Notes under the pieces: model-generated
Databases searched by the model: none
Told to the model about the DNA's origin: nothing
The model's input: the letters and a program-made list of their open reading frames with translations, nothing else
Translations under genes and position numbers: made by a program
In this document: positions 10,109 to 20,035 of the stretch, in pieces
How positions within the stretch are numbered: the first letter of the stretch is position 1
Layout: every line of letters starts with the position of its first letter
Source of the DNA: an uncultured Gemmatimonadales bacterium
GTDB taxonomy: Bacteria; Gemmatimonadota; Gemmatimonadetes; Gemmatimonadales; Gemmatimonadaceae
Direction: 5' to 3'
NCBI GenBank assembly: GCA_963793305.1
Contig: CAWBZV010000003.1
Span: 544,001-608,000 of the forward strand
Length of the DNA stretch: 64,000 nucleotides

Positions 10109-10615
10109 ATGGAGCAGACGTCCACATGCGCGCAGTGCATCTTGCGCGATCGGCGCCATTTCCTGCGTGAGGCGGCAGGCGCGGCGATCGCCGCGCTCGT
10201 GGCGATTGGCCTGCCGCGGAGCGGAGCTGCGGCGCTTCCTGTGAGTGTGCTCTCGACGCGCGAGCGCGGGATCGACGGCCCGCGCTACCCCGTGCCCGCG
10301 ACCGACGGCGTGCAAATCGACCGCGACAATCAGGTGATCCTCGTTCGGTGGCAGAACGCGGTCTATGCCTTCAATCTGTCCTGTCCCCACCAGAACACCG
10401 CGCTGCGTTGGGATGGGGCGGACGGGCGATTTCAGTGCCCCAAACATCACTCCAAGTACCAGCCGGACGGGACGTTCATCGAGGGACGGGCGACGCGCAA
10501 CATGGACCGTTTCACTGTCCAGCGCGACGCCGACATAATCGTCGTGGATGTCGACGCCATGCACAAGAGTGACGAAGATCAGGCGACTTGGACGTTCGCC
10601 GTCGTACGCCTGTAG
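10109..10615 (+). CDS. Tat-exported Rieske [2Fe-2S] protein
   Basis: DRRHFL twin-arginine motif; CPHQ and CPKHHS Rieske boxes; RBS GAGGAG. Confidence 0.9.
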   Translation: MEQTSTCAQCILRDRRHFLREAAGAAIAALVAIGLPRSGAAALPVSVLSTRERGIDGPRYPVPATDGVQIDRDNQVILVRWQNAVYAFNLSCPHQNTALRWDGADGRFQCPKHHSKYQPDGTFIEGRATRNMDRFTVQRDADIIVVDVDAMHKSDEDQATWTFAVVRL

Positions 10616-10687
10616 ACGACACATCCTGGAGGAACCACGACCGAATCGCTATGCGGGGCGACCGCCAAACACGTCTTCGTCTGTACG

Positions 10688-11368
10688 GTGCTCTTGGCGG
10701 GACGAGTGGCCGCTCAAGACTCGACCTCAGTGCCGGTCTGGCGAGATGCCGCGATCGGCGGCGCGTTCTTTGCCGCGGCGGCCGTCGTGTCGCCGTTCGA
10801 TACCCGGCTTGCGGTGGCATCGCAGCACGCCTCGCTGCAGCGGAGTACTTTCTTGCGCGACGGAGCAAACGGGTTCGACGCCGTGGGTGTACCGGGCACG
10901 TTCGTGCTGGCCTTGGGGTTTTACGCGGGCGGGTGGTTGGCCCACGATCGCGGCATCGCGACGCTGGGCCTGCACGGCGGCGAGGCGCTCGCCGTGAGCG
11001 GTGTGGTGACAGAACTCGTGAAGGGTTTCGCAGGTCGGGAACGACCCTTTGTCGACATTCACCATGCGGGCACGTTCCAGTTCGCCGCGGGGTTTCGATC
11101 GGACGCCCGGGCGTCGCTCCCGTCGGAGCATACGACGGCGGCGTTTGCGATGGCTTCGGTGTTGGCCGCGGAGTCGGCTCGCCGGTGGCCCCACGCCTCG
11201 CGATGGATCACGCCGGTCGCGTACACCGTCGCCTCACTCGTCGGTGTGGCCCGCGTCTACAAGAACCAGCATTGGGCGAGCGATGTGTTGGTCGGTGCTG
11301 GGATTGGCACGGCGACCGGTTTGTTGGCTGTCCAGTACCGTCCGGATCAGATACTGCTACCGCGGTGA
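10688..11368 (+). CDS. PAP2-family phosphatase (start uncertain)
   Basis: KGFAGRERP, SLPSEH and ARVYKNQHWASDV motifs. Confidence 0.88.
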   Translation: MLLAGRVAAQDSTSVPVWRDAAIGGAFFAAAAVVSPFDTRLAVASQHASLQRSTFLRDGANGFDAVGVPGTFVLALGFYAGGWLAHDRGIATLGLHGGEALAVSGVVTELVKGFAGRERPFVDIHHAGTFQFAAGFRSDARASLPSEHTTAAFAMASVLAAESARRWPHASRWITPVAYTVASLVGVARVYKNQHWASDVLVGAGIGTATGLLAVQYRPDQILLPR

Positions 11369-11592
11369 CATGCAGGTCGGAGAGGGGCAGGTGACGTTCT
11401 CAGGGATGTCGCGCTCGGAAAAGCGAGCCGTGCGCATCTCTCGACCGGCGAGCGATCGAGTGTCGCGCGAGCGTCCACGCGATGAGCGGTAGCCCGACGC
11501 CGCTCGGTACGAGGCAGTACGCGAGCGTCAGAAGATAACACGAACCCAGCTCGGCACGAGCGGTCGGCGCAAGGTCTCGTCCGACTTTCTGT

Positions 11593-12780
11593 TCAAGGAG
11601 CCGTTTCGGTTGTCGGTCCCGCGGGCCATGGCTCTGCCGTCTCGCCGTCTGGCTCGGGGGCTGCTCCCACATCGGATTCGACGGCTCGCAGCTGGAGCGC
11701 GAACACACTCCCGCCTTCGGGCCGTGGCCGGTACACGACGGTCCCACCCTGGGCCAAGGCTAATTGTCGGGCGATGGCGAGTCCGAGCCCAACGCCACCG
11801 GCGTCTGGCGCCGTGTCGGACGGCCGATAGAATGCCTCGAAGATGCGCTCACGCTCGGCTGCCGCGACGCCGGGCCCGCGATCTGCGACGGCGATGACGA
11901 GCCAACGATCCTGGCGCTGGACCTCGATCGTGATCGGAGTCCCCGCGGGAGAGTACTTGGCCGCGTTCTCCAGCAGATTCGACAACGCCCGCAATGCGTG
12001 GGTGAAGTCGAAGTGGCCCGTCAGCGCCGGTGCGGTCCAGTCTATCGTGAACTCGATCGGGTGGCCGGCCAACACGCCCTGCGCGCGGCGGACCGCCGCG
12101 CCGACCAGGTCCTCCGCGGTATTGAGCTCGGCGTGCACCGGCAGAGCGCCGCCGCGGATGCGCGAGAGATCGAGTACGTTCTCGACGAGATGGATCAAAC
12201 GGTCGGCCTGTTCCGCGATAATGCCCGCCGCAGCCCGGACCGCCGTCGCCGCGTCGGGTTCGGGCGCTCGCGTGATCTCCTCCGATAGAGCCCGGACCGT
12301 CGCGAGCGGTGTCCGAAAATCGTGGGAGACCGACGCGAGCAGGGTGTCCTTGAACCGCGCGGACTCGCGCAGCGCCTCGGCGTGCTGCACCTCGCGTGCC
12401 AGGCGGGCGACCTCGGCGGCGCGCTCCCGCGCTTCGGCCTCGCGCGCGCGGGCGCGCGCCAGGAGCTGCGTCGTGACGACGGCTGTGACCAGAAAGGCGA
12501 TGAGCACGAGCCAGTCGAGCGGTTTGGCGACCGCGATCTCATCGTACGGGAGCTGGAACCAGTAATCGATCGCCCCGAACGCGAGGGCCGCCAATGTGAA
12601 CCCGAGGGGCCGGCCGCCAGTGACGCTCGCGCCGAGAACGATGAGGAGGTAGACGAGCACGACATGCACTTGCTCGATCTGCGTGCGCGCATGGACCAAT
12701 CCGGCTGTGACCACGCCGAGTGTCACCAACCAGCCGACCCAGAGCGCGACGCGCGAACGCGTCCAATATCGACCAGTCAC
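11593..12780 (-). CDS. KdpD-like sensor histidine kinase, short form (DUF4118-type TM domain + HisKA + HATPase)
   Basis: 4 TM helices with AIDYWFQLPY, H-box SVSHDFRTPL, NLLENAAKYS, DRGPG, GLGLAI; GTG overlaps the regulator stop. Confidence 0.88.
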   Translation of the reverse strand: MTGRYWTRSRVALWVGWLVTLGVVTAGLVHARTQIEQVHVVLVYLLIVLGASVTGGRPLGFTLAALAFGAIDYWFQLPYDEIAVAKPLDWLVLIAFLVTAVVTTQLLARARAREAEARERAAEVARLAREVQHAEALRESARFKDTLLASVSHDFRTPLATVRALSEEITRAPEPDAATAVRAAAGIIAEQADRLIHLVENVLDLSRIRGGALPVHAELNTAEDLVGAAVRRAQGVLAGHPIEFTIDWTAPALTGHFDFTHALRALSNLLENAAKYSPAGTPITIEVQRQDRWLVIAVADRGPGVAAAERERIFEAFYRPSDTAPDAGGVGLGLAIARQLALAQGGTVVYRPRPEGGSVFALQLRAVESDVGAAPEPDGETAEPWPAGPTTETAP

Positions 12781-13472
12781 GATGCGGCGTCTCCCGCGAA
12801 CCGGTAGCCGACGCCGGACTCGGTGATGATCAACTCCGGCGCGGCCGGGTTTGACTCGATTTTGCGCCGGAGATTCGTGATATGGACGCGCAGGTACAGC
12901 CGCGCATCGCCGTATCCGCGACGCCAGACCGCGTCGAAGAGCTGCTGGTGCGTCAGCGTGCGTCCGCGGTTCGCCACGAACGTCCGCAGCAGATCCCACT
13001 CGATGCGCGTGAGCCGAACCGGCACGCCATCACGGGCAACCGTCCGTGCGCCAAGGTCGATGACGAGCGTTCCGATCGTCACGGCGCGCTCGGCCCACTC
13101 CGTGCCTTCACCCTGCGCGCGTCGCAGTTGAGCCCGGACGCGAGCCGCGAGCTCGTCCATGCCGAATGGCTTCGTGACATAATCGTCCGCGCCCGCGTTC
13201 AACAGCGCGACCTTCTCCGACTCGGCGTGCCGTGCCGAGAGCACGAGCAGCGGAACACGCGACCAGCGCCGGATCTCCTCGCAGACCGCGATGCCCGACA
13301 TATCGGGCAAGCCGAGATCCAGGATGATCGCGTCCGGCCGCGCCGCCGCGGCGATGTCCAAACCCGTCGCGCCCGTGGCCGCTTCCAGCATCTCGGCCGG
13401 CAATGCCGCGAGCGCGCGCCGGACCGCGCGGCGGATTTGCGGCTCATCATCGATGACGAGAACGACGGTCAT
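12777..13472 (-). CDS. KdpE-like OmpR-family response regulator
   Basis: IDDEPQIRR, ILDLGLPD, GADDYVTKPF, YLRVHITNLRRKIE, ESGVGYRF. Confidence 0.92.
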   Translation of the reverse strand: MTVVLVIDDEPQIRRAVRRALAALPAEMLEAATGATGLDIAAAARPDAIILDLGLPDMSGIAVCEEIRRWSRVPLLVLSARHAESEKVALLNAGADDYVTKPFGMDELAARVRAQLRRAQGEGTEWAERAVTIGTLVIDLGARTVARDGVPVRLTRIEWDLLRTFVANRGRTLTHQQLFDAVWRRGYGDARLYLRVHITNLRRKIESNPAAPELIITESGVGYRFAGDAAS

Positions 13473-13514
13473 GGGTACGCGAACGATACGCGTCGTGGTG
13501 CTTCTCTCGCGCCC

Positions 13515-13581
13515 CTTTGTGAAATCTTAGCAGCCCTCAGCCGATTCTTTGCGGCGGCTTAGTGACGGGCCATCGTAGAGT
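13515..13581 (+). promoter_or_regulatory. Five helically phased CTYWG direct repeats plus TAGAGT -10 element
   Basis: CTTTG 13515, CTTAG 13526, CTCAG 13536, CTTTG 13547, CTTAG 13558; TAGAGT 13576-13581 lies 6 nt before ATG 13588. Confidence 0.55.
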
Positions 13582-13587
13582 CTGGGT

Positions 13588-14794
13588 ATGCCGACGAGAA
13601 GAACGGCGATCGCCGCGGCCGTCGTCGTAGCGATCGTCCTTGCCGCCCTACTGATACTCGGCATCCGGGACGGCGTGAAGACGACGTTCGAGCACCGGAC
13701 AGGTATCGCCGGCGACACCAGAGACCGGGCCGTCGGAACCGACGGTCGAGCTCACGCCGAACCAGTTGCAGTCGATCACGATCGCTCCAGTCGGCACGTA
13801 CCTCTTTCCCGTCGACAAGCACGCGGTCGGCAGCATCGACTACGACGAGAACTTGTCGGTCCAGGTCTTCTCACCGTATCAAGGGAAGATTCTGGCGACG
13901 TTCGCGGAACTGGGCGATGAGGTCCAGAAGGGACAGTCGCTCTATACGATCGACAGTCCCGATCTCATTCAGGCAGAATCGAACGTGATCGGCGCGGCCG
14001 CCACGCTGGAACTGACGACGAAGGAGCTCGCGCGGGCCAAGTCACTGTACGGACCCGACAGCGGTGGCGTCTCGCAGCGGGAGTACGAGCAGGCGGTGTC
14101 GGACCAACAGACCGCACAGGGCGCGCTGCAAGCTGCGCGCAGCGCCGTCCGCGTATTCGGGAAGTCTGACGTTGACATTGACCGTATCGTCGACAGTCGC
14201 AGGATCGATCCCGCGCTCGTCGTGCCGAGCCCCATGGCGGGTGAGGTGACATTGCGGAACGCCCAGCCGGGGCTTCTCGTGCAACCGGGCAACGCGCCGG
14301 CGCCTTACTCGGTGGCGAAGGTCACGACCAAGTGGATGTTGGCCAACGTGCTCGAAAGCGACAGTCCGCTCTATCACGTCGGCCAGACGGTGCAGGTCTC
14401 CATCATGGCCTACCCCGGTCGGACATTCGGAGGCACGATCTCCCGGATCTATCCGACGGTCGATCCGAACACGCACCGCGTCACGATACGGTCGGAGATC
14501 GCGGACCCTGCGGACGAGCTCCGTTCCGGGATGCTCGCGGACTTCGTCATCCGGATCCACGCCCCGACGCCGGCGACCGCGGTCCCAACCACCGCGGTCG
14601 TTCGCGAAGGCGACGGTGCGATGACCGCCTGGGTGACAGCGGACCGTCGCCGGATAACCCAGCACGTCGTGAGAGTGGGGCAGCAACTCGACGGACAGTA
14701 TCAAATTCTCGACGGTCTCGCACCCGGCCAGCTGGTGGTGACCGAGGGCGGCGTGTTCTTGAGCAACATGCTGCAAGCGCCCCCGAGCGATTGA
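13588..14794 (+). CDS. RND efflux membrane-fusion (periplasmic adaptor) protein; one-base frameshift at ~13687
   Basis: N-terminal TM anchor; after a 1-base correction it reads into VFSPYQGKI...LGDEVQKGQSL...DSPDL and VDPNTHRVTIR. Confidence 0.88.
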
Positions 14795-14800
14795 CCGGCT

Positions 14801-17800
14801 GTGTTCAAGGCGATCGTCGCATTCTGCTTGAGCCGCAGGCCGATCATTCTGATCGGCCTCGCGATGTTCGCCGGCGCGGGATATGTGGCGTTTCGAGCGC
14901 TCGACATTGAAGCCTACCCGAACCCGGCGCCGGTGATCCTCGAGATCACCGCGCAGGCGCCGGGTCTCTCGGCAGAAGAGATGGAGCGGTACTACACGCG
15001 GCCGATCGAGATCGGACTGTACACGACCCCCGGCATCAACGTCATTCGGTCGACATCGTTCTACGGCCTGTCATTCGTACGGGTCGTCTTCAAGTACGGC
15101 GTCGACTATCACTATGCCTACGCCCAGGCGGCGGTGGCCCTGCAGCAGAACGTGACCCTCCCTGGCAACCTCGTTCCGCAGATCCAGCAGAACAGCGGGA
15201 CCGGGGAGATCGTGCGATACCAGGTGGTGGGTCCAAAGCATTTCGGGATCGCCAACCTACGCACCGTACAGGACTGGATCGCGGCCCGCCGCCTCCTCAC
15301 GATCCCGGGCATCGTGGCGGTCAACAGTTGGGGCGGCCCGACAAAGGAATTTGAGGTCCAGCTCGACCCGAGCCGCCTCGAGGCGTACAAGATCACGGCG
15401 CCTCAAGTGATGGCCGCGCTGGCGAACGCCAACATCAACGTCGGCGGACGCGAGATCCGCGTGGGCCAGCAGTCCGTCAACATCCGAGGCGTGGGTCTCA
15501 TTGATGATGGCGGCGCGGATGATCTGACCAAAGGCTACAAGGTGGACGACATCGAGAACGTCGTCCTGACGCAAGAGAACGGCGTCCCGGTGCTGGTGCG
15601 CGATGTCGGCATCGTCGTCGTGGGCGACCGGCCGCGGCTCGGCATCCTCGGGCGTGACCGCGACGATGATGTGGTGGGGTCGATCGTCGTGATGAGCCGA
15701 ACCGAGCAAACCGCGAACATGGTGCCGAAGGTCGACTCGGCGATCGGCAAGATGAACTCCGACGGCTCGCTGCCGGCAGGGGTCAAGCTCGTTCGATACT
15801 ACGATCGTTCATCGCTGATCGGCGTGACGACCCACACGGTGTTGGACAACCTGATCTTCGGGTGCGTGCTCGTTTTCCTGATCCAGTGGGTGTTCCTGGG
15901 CGATCTCCGGAGCGCGCTTCTCGTCGGGATCAACATCCCGTTCGCGCTCTTGTTCGCGGTCATTCTCCTCGTGCTCCGCGGCGAGAGTGCCAACCTGCTG
16001 TCCGTCGGCGCCGTCGACTTCGGTATCATCGTGGACTCGGCGGTGATCCTGGTCGAGAACATCTTCCGGGTTTTTCAGAGCAGCCCGAAGGATCGCGACG
16101 CCATGTTGCGACGCCTGACCACGGGCGAGCACGGGTCGGATCCGACGCGGTCCGAGGGGTCGTCGCCCGACGACAAGCCCCAGTGGACGGACCGATTGCG
16201 CCTCATCCTGCTGAGCGCGTTGCAAGTGGATCGGGCGGTGTTCTTCTCGGCCGTGATCATCGTCGCCGGGTTCGTGCCGCTCTTTACCATGCAAGGCGTG
16301 GAAGGGCAGATCTTCGGCCCGATGGCGCGCACGTATGGCTACGCACTCGCCGGCGCCCTGCTCGCCACGTTCACGGTCACGCCGGTGCTGGCGTCGTACC
16401 TACTCCCGCAGCGCGTGAAGGACACCGAGACGATGGTCGTCCGGTTCATCGACCGATTGTACACGCCCGCGCTGCGGTATGCGTTGACCCACCGCCGACG
16501 CGCTGTCGGGGTCGGTCTGGCGTTCGTGGCCGGCGCTCTCCTGCTGACCACGCAGCTGGGCAGCGAGTTTCTGCCGCAGCTCGAGGAAGGCAACTTTTGG
16601 ATCCGAGCGTCCATGCCGACGACGCTATCGCTCCAGGACGGTGAGGCGGCGGCGCGACGCATGCGGCTCATTCTGCTCCGGCACCCCGAGGTTATCACGG
16701 TCGTCTCGCAGCACGGCCGGCCCGACGACGGCAGCGACGCATCGCCCTTCTCGAACGTCGAGCTGTTCGCGCCGCTCGAGCCCTTCGATCAGTGGCCCGG
16801 CGGACTCACGAAAGAGAAGCTGACCGCTCAAATCCAGTCCGAGTTTCAGAGCGAGCTGCCGGGGGTCTTCTTCAACTTCTCCCAGTACATTGAGGACAAC
16901 GTCGAGGAGGCGATGTCCGGCGTCAAAGGCGTGAACTCGGTCAAGATCGTCGGCCCCAACCTCGACACGTTGACCGCGCTCGCCACCCGCGTCCAGGACG
17001 AGATGAGCCGGGTCCGCGGGATTACCGATCTCGGGATCTTCCCGGTTCTGGGCCAGCCGAACCTCAACATCACGGTGAACCGCGCCCACGCCGCGCGATA
17101 TGGTTTGAACGCCGGCGACGTCAACGCGCTCGTGCAGACGGCCCTCGGCGGCACCGTGGCCACGTCCGTGCTGGAGGGTGAGCGTCAGTTCGACCTGGTC
17201 GTGCGTTTTGCGTCCGACTCCCGCGATGACATCGAGAAGATCCACAACATCAAAGTCGGCTTTCAGACTCCGACCGGGACGGCCGCCTATGTCCCGTTGA
17301 GCGAGCTGGCGACGATCACGCTGGATAACGGCGCATCGTGGATCTACCACGAGAGCACGCAACGATTCATCCCGGTCAAATTCAGCGTGCGCGGCCGCGA
17401 CCTGGGCGGCACGGTGGCGGAAGCTCAGTCGCGCATTGCCAAGCACGTCATCCTGCCGACCGGCTACCGAATGGTCTGGGCCGGTGAGTTCGGCGAGCTG
17501 CAAGCGGCGAAAGCCCGATTGGCCATCATCGTGCCGATCAGTCTCGTATTGATCGTCGGGCTTCTATACGGTCTGTTCAATTCGTGGCGCGACAGTGCGC
17601 TCGCGCTCGCCGGCATTCCCTTTGCTGCGGCCGGCGGCGTGCTGGCGCTGTTCGTGGCGGGGCTCCACTTCAGCATATCAGCTGGCATCGGCTTCATCTC
17701 CCTCTTCGGGGTCTCCGTCATGAACGGTGTCCTCATGATCACGTACTACGAGACGGAGATCCGCCAAGGTGGTACGCCGACGGACGCGATGTTCCGCGCG

Positions 17801-18028
17801 GCATCCACGCGCATGCGGCCGTTGCTCATGACCGCACTCTCGGCGTGCCTCGGACTCTTGCCGGCCGCGCTGTCGACGGCGATCGGGAGCCAGGTCCAGC
17901 GTCCGCTCGCCACCGTTATCGTCGGCGGCATGCTGCTGGGGCCGATCATGCTGCTGCTCGTTGTTCCGGCGCTCTGCATGGTGTTTCTGTCACGCGATAC
18001 GGCTCACACGCTGGCCGAATCGCCATGA
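14801..18028 (+). CDS. CusA/CzcA-family heavy-metal RND permease
   Basis: 1075 aa; LDIEAYP, GAVDFGIIVDSAVILVEN, GSEFLPQLEEG, RMRPLLMTAL, GSQVQRPLATVIVGG. Confidence 0.95.
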   Translation: MFKAIVAFCLSRRPIILIGLAMFAGAGYVAFRALDIEAYPNPAPVILEITAQAPGLSAEEMERYYTRPIEIGLYTTPGINVIRSTSFYGLSFVRVVFKYGVDYHYAYAQAAVALQQNVTLPGNLVPQIQQNSGTGEIVRYQVVGPKHFGIANLRTVQDWIAARRLLTIPGIVAVNSWGGPTKEFEVQLDPSRLEAYKITAPQVMAALANANINVGGREIRVGQQSVNIRGVGLIDDGGADDLTKGYKVDDIENVVLTQENGVPVLVRDVGIVVVGDRPRLGILGRDRDDDVVGSIVVMSRTEQTANMVPKVDSAIGKMNSDGSLPAGVKLVRYYDRSSLIGVTTHTVLDNLIFGCVLVFLIQWVFLGDLRSALLVGINIPFALLFAVILLVLRGESANLLSVGAVDFGIIVDSAVILVENIFRVFQSSPKDRDAMLRRLTTGEHGSDPTRSEGSSPDDKPQWTDRLRLILLSALQVDRAVFFSAVIIVAGFVPLFTMQGVEGQIFGPMARTYGYALAGALLATFTVTPVLASYLLPQRVKDTETMVVRFIDRLYTPALRYALTHRRRAVGVGLAFVAGALLLTTQLGSEFLPQLEEGNFWIRASMPTTLSLQDGEAAARRMRLILLRHPEVITVVSQHGRPDDGSDASPFSNVELFAPLEPFDQWPGGLTKEKLTAQIQSEFQSELPGVFFNFSQYIEDNVEEAMSGVKGVNSVKIVGPNLDTLTALATRVQDEMSRVRGITDLGIFPVLGQPNLNITVNRAHAARYGLNAGDVNALVQTALGGTVATSVLEGERQFDLVVRFASDSRDDIEKIHNIKVGFQTPTGTAAYVPLSELATITLDNGASWIYHESTQRFIPVKFSVRGRDLGGTVAEAQSRIAKHVILPTGYRMVWAGEFGELQAAKARLAIIVPISLVLIVGLLYGLFNSWRDSALALAGIPFAAAGGVLALFVAGLHFSISAGIGFISLFGVSVMNGVLMITYYETEIRQGGTPTDAMFRAASTRMRPLLMTALSACLGLLPAALSTAIGSQVQRPLATVIVGGMLLGPIMLLLVVPALCMVFLSRDTAHTLAESP

Positions 18029-18297
18029 CAATAGCCAACATTCTGATCGCGGCGGTCGCGGTGCTGATCCCACCGGCGAAACGGCCTCCCGTCCACGCGC
18101 CGCCGCGGATCATTGTCACGCAACCCCGCCGGGTCACGGCGCCGAGTGCCGCGCATCGTCCGATCGTGCCACAACGACCACAGTCGCCGCCGAGTATCCA
18201 ACGTCGCGCATTTGGCGCGGGCTCCATTGGTGGTGCGCCGTCCGGCCCGCATGGAACCGCCGCGATCAAGGGAATGCCGAGGGTTCGGAAGCGGTGA
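18025..18297 (+). CDS. Small Pro/Arg-rich hypothetical protein with N-terminal hydrophobic segment
   Basis: ATGA overlap with the permease stop and GTGA overlap with the next gene's start. Confidence 0.55.
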   Translation: MTIANILIAAVAVLIPPAKRPPVHAPPRIIVTQPRRVTAPSAAHRPIVPQRPQSPPSIQRRAFGAGSIGGAPSGPHGTAAIKGMPRVRKR

Positions 18298-19754
18298 CCA
18301 GGCGGTTCTTCGTGCCCGCGTTGCTATTCGTGGCCGGTTGCGCCGTCGGTCCGAATTTCCGCAAACCGCTCACGCCCGAGGCGAGCGGATACACGCCCGT
18401 CCCGCTTGTGCAGACCAGTCCGACGCCGAATGTCGCCGGTGGCGAGCCACAGAAATTCACCGAAGGGATCGACATTCCGGGTGACTGGTGGACGATGTTC
18501 CACTCACAACCACTCAATGATCTCATCGAGCGCGCGCTCGCCAACAGCCCGGATGTGAAAGCCGCGCAGGCGGCGCTCACGGCCGCGAATGAGCAAGTCT
18601 GGGCGAAACGTGGCGGCTACTATCCCAATGTCGCCGCAGGATTCTCGGCGAGTCGCAACAAGACATCGGCGCAGATCTCGCCGACGCCGAACTCGGGTGC
18701 GTTGTACTACAGCCTGTACACACCGCAAGTCAGCGTGTCGTTCGTTCCCGATGTCTTTGGGCTCAACCGGCGATCGGTGGAATCACTCGAGGCACAGGCC
18801 GGCGTGGCGCGGTTCCAGCTCATCGCGACGCACATCACGCTAAGCGCGAATATCGTCACGGCGGCGATCCAGGAGGCATCCGTGCGCGCGCAGATCGACG
18901 CGACGCGCCAACTTCTGAGCGTCAGCACGAGCATGCTCAAGATCGTCCGCGACCAGTTCGCGAAAGGGTATGCGAGCCGCCTCGATGTCGCGGCGCAGGA
19001 GTCGCAGGTGGCGCAGGTCACCGCCACGTTGCCGCCGCTCCTCAAGCAACTGGCGCTCGAGCGTGATCTGCTCACCGCGCTATCCGGCGGGTTCCCGGAT
19101 CACGAGCTATCAGAGACGTTCACGCTCGCGAGCCTGCAATTACCCCAGGAGTTGCCCGTCAGCCTGCCATCGCAATTGGTGGAGCAGCGCCCTGACGTGC
19201 GTCAGGCGGAGGAAAACCTGCACGCCGCTAGCGCACAGATCGGGGTCGCTGTCGCGAACCGGCTGCCAAGCTTCACGCTCTCCGGAACGTACGGAACGCA
19301 GTCGCTCGACCTCGGCAATCTGTTCGCGACCGGCGCCAGCGTGTGGACGCTCGCCGCCGGTCTCTTCCAGCCGATCTTCCAGGGCGGCACGCTGCTGCAT
19401 CAAGAGCGAGCCGCCCGGGCGGTGTACGAGCAGGCGGCGCAGCAGTATCAGAGCACGGTTATCACGGCATTTCAGAATGTCGCGGACGCGTTGAACGCGC
19501 TCGTCCAGGACGCTGAGGCGCTGAAGGCCGCGGCGCAGGCTGCCGCCGCCGCCAAAGTCACGCTCGATCTGGCGACGCGCCAAATGCAGGTGGGCTACGC
19601 CAGCTATCTAACGTTGTTGAGCGCGGAGCAGGCCTACCAACAAGCGCTGATCGGACTCGCGGAAGCCCAGGCGAACCGCTACGCCGATACCGCGGCCTTG
19701 TTCCAAGCGCTCGGCGGCGGCTGGTGGCATCGCGCGGACTTGACGTCGAATTAA
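18294..19754 (+). CDS. NodT/OprM-family outer-membrane efflux lipoprotein
   Basis: Lipobox VAGC, AVGPNF, WWTMF, RPDVRQAEENL, LFQALGGGW. Confidence 0.93.
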   Translation: MTRRFFVPALLFVAGCAVGPNFRKPLTPEASGYTPVPLVQTSPTPNVAGGEPQKFTEGIDIPGDWWTMFHSQPLNDLIERALANSPDVKAAQAALTAANEQVWAKRGGYYPNVAAGFSASRNKTSAQISPTPNSGALYYSLYTPQVSVSFVPDVFGLNRRSVESLEAQAGVARFQLIATHITLSANIVTAAIQEASVRAQIDATRQLLSVSTSMLKIVRDQFAKGYASRLDVAAQESQVAQVTATLPPLLKQLALERDLLTALSGGFPDHELSETFTLASLQLPQELPVSLPSQLVEQRPDVRQAEENLHAASAQIGVAVANRLPSFTLSGTYGTQSLDLGNLFATGASVWTLAAGLFQPIFQGGTLLHQERAARAVYEQAAQQYQSTVITAFQNVADALNALVQDAEALKAAAQAAAAAKVTLDLATRQMQVGYASYLTLLSAEQAYQQALIGLAEAQANRYADTAALFQALGGGWWHRADLTSN

Positions 19755-20035
19755 TGGCTGCACATAGCGTTCGCGAGCGGCGAAAGCTGGTGAATCGCAT
19801 GCGGCGGATCGCCGGGCAGATCGCCGCGGTTGAGGAGTTACTGGATTCGGGCGCGGATTGTGAGCGGGCGTTGCATGTGCTCGCCGCCTGCCGCGGGGCC
19901 ATCAGCTCGATCATGGCCGAGATTCTTGAGGATCACATCGTTTACCACGTACTGGTGCCGAACGCCGGCGAGAACTCGCGCGAGCGACAAGCCGCGGAGC
20001 AGCTCGTCGACATTATCAAGAGCTACCTGCGCTAG
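19754..20035 (+). CDS. Second CsoR/RcnR/FrmR-family repressor
   Basis: NRMRRIAGQI...DC...LAACRGAISSIMAEILEDH...IIKSYLR; TAATG overlap with the upstream stop. Confidence 0.9.
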   Translation: MAAHSVRERRKLVNRMRRIAGQIAAVEELLDSGADCERALHVLAACRGAISSIMAEILEDHIVYHVLVPNAGENSRERQAAEQLVDIIKSYLR

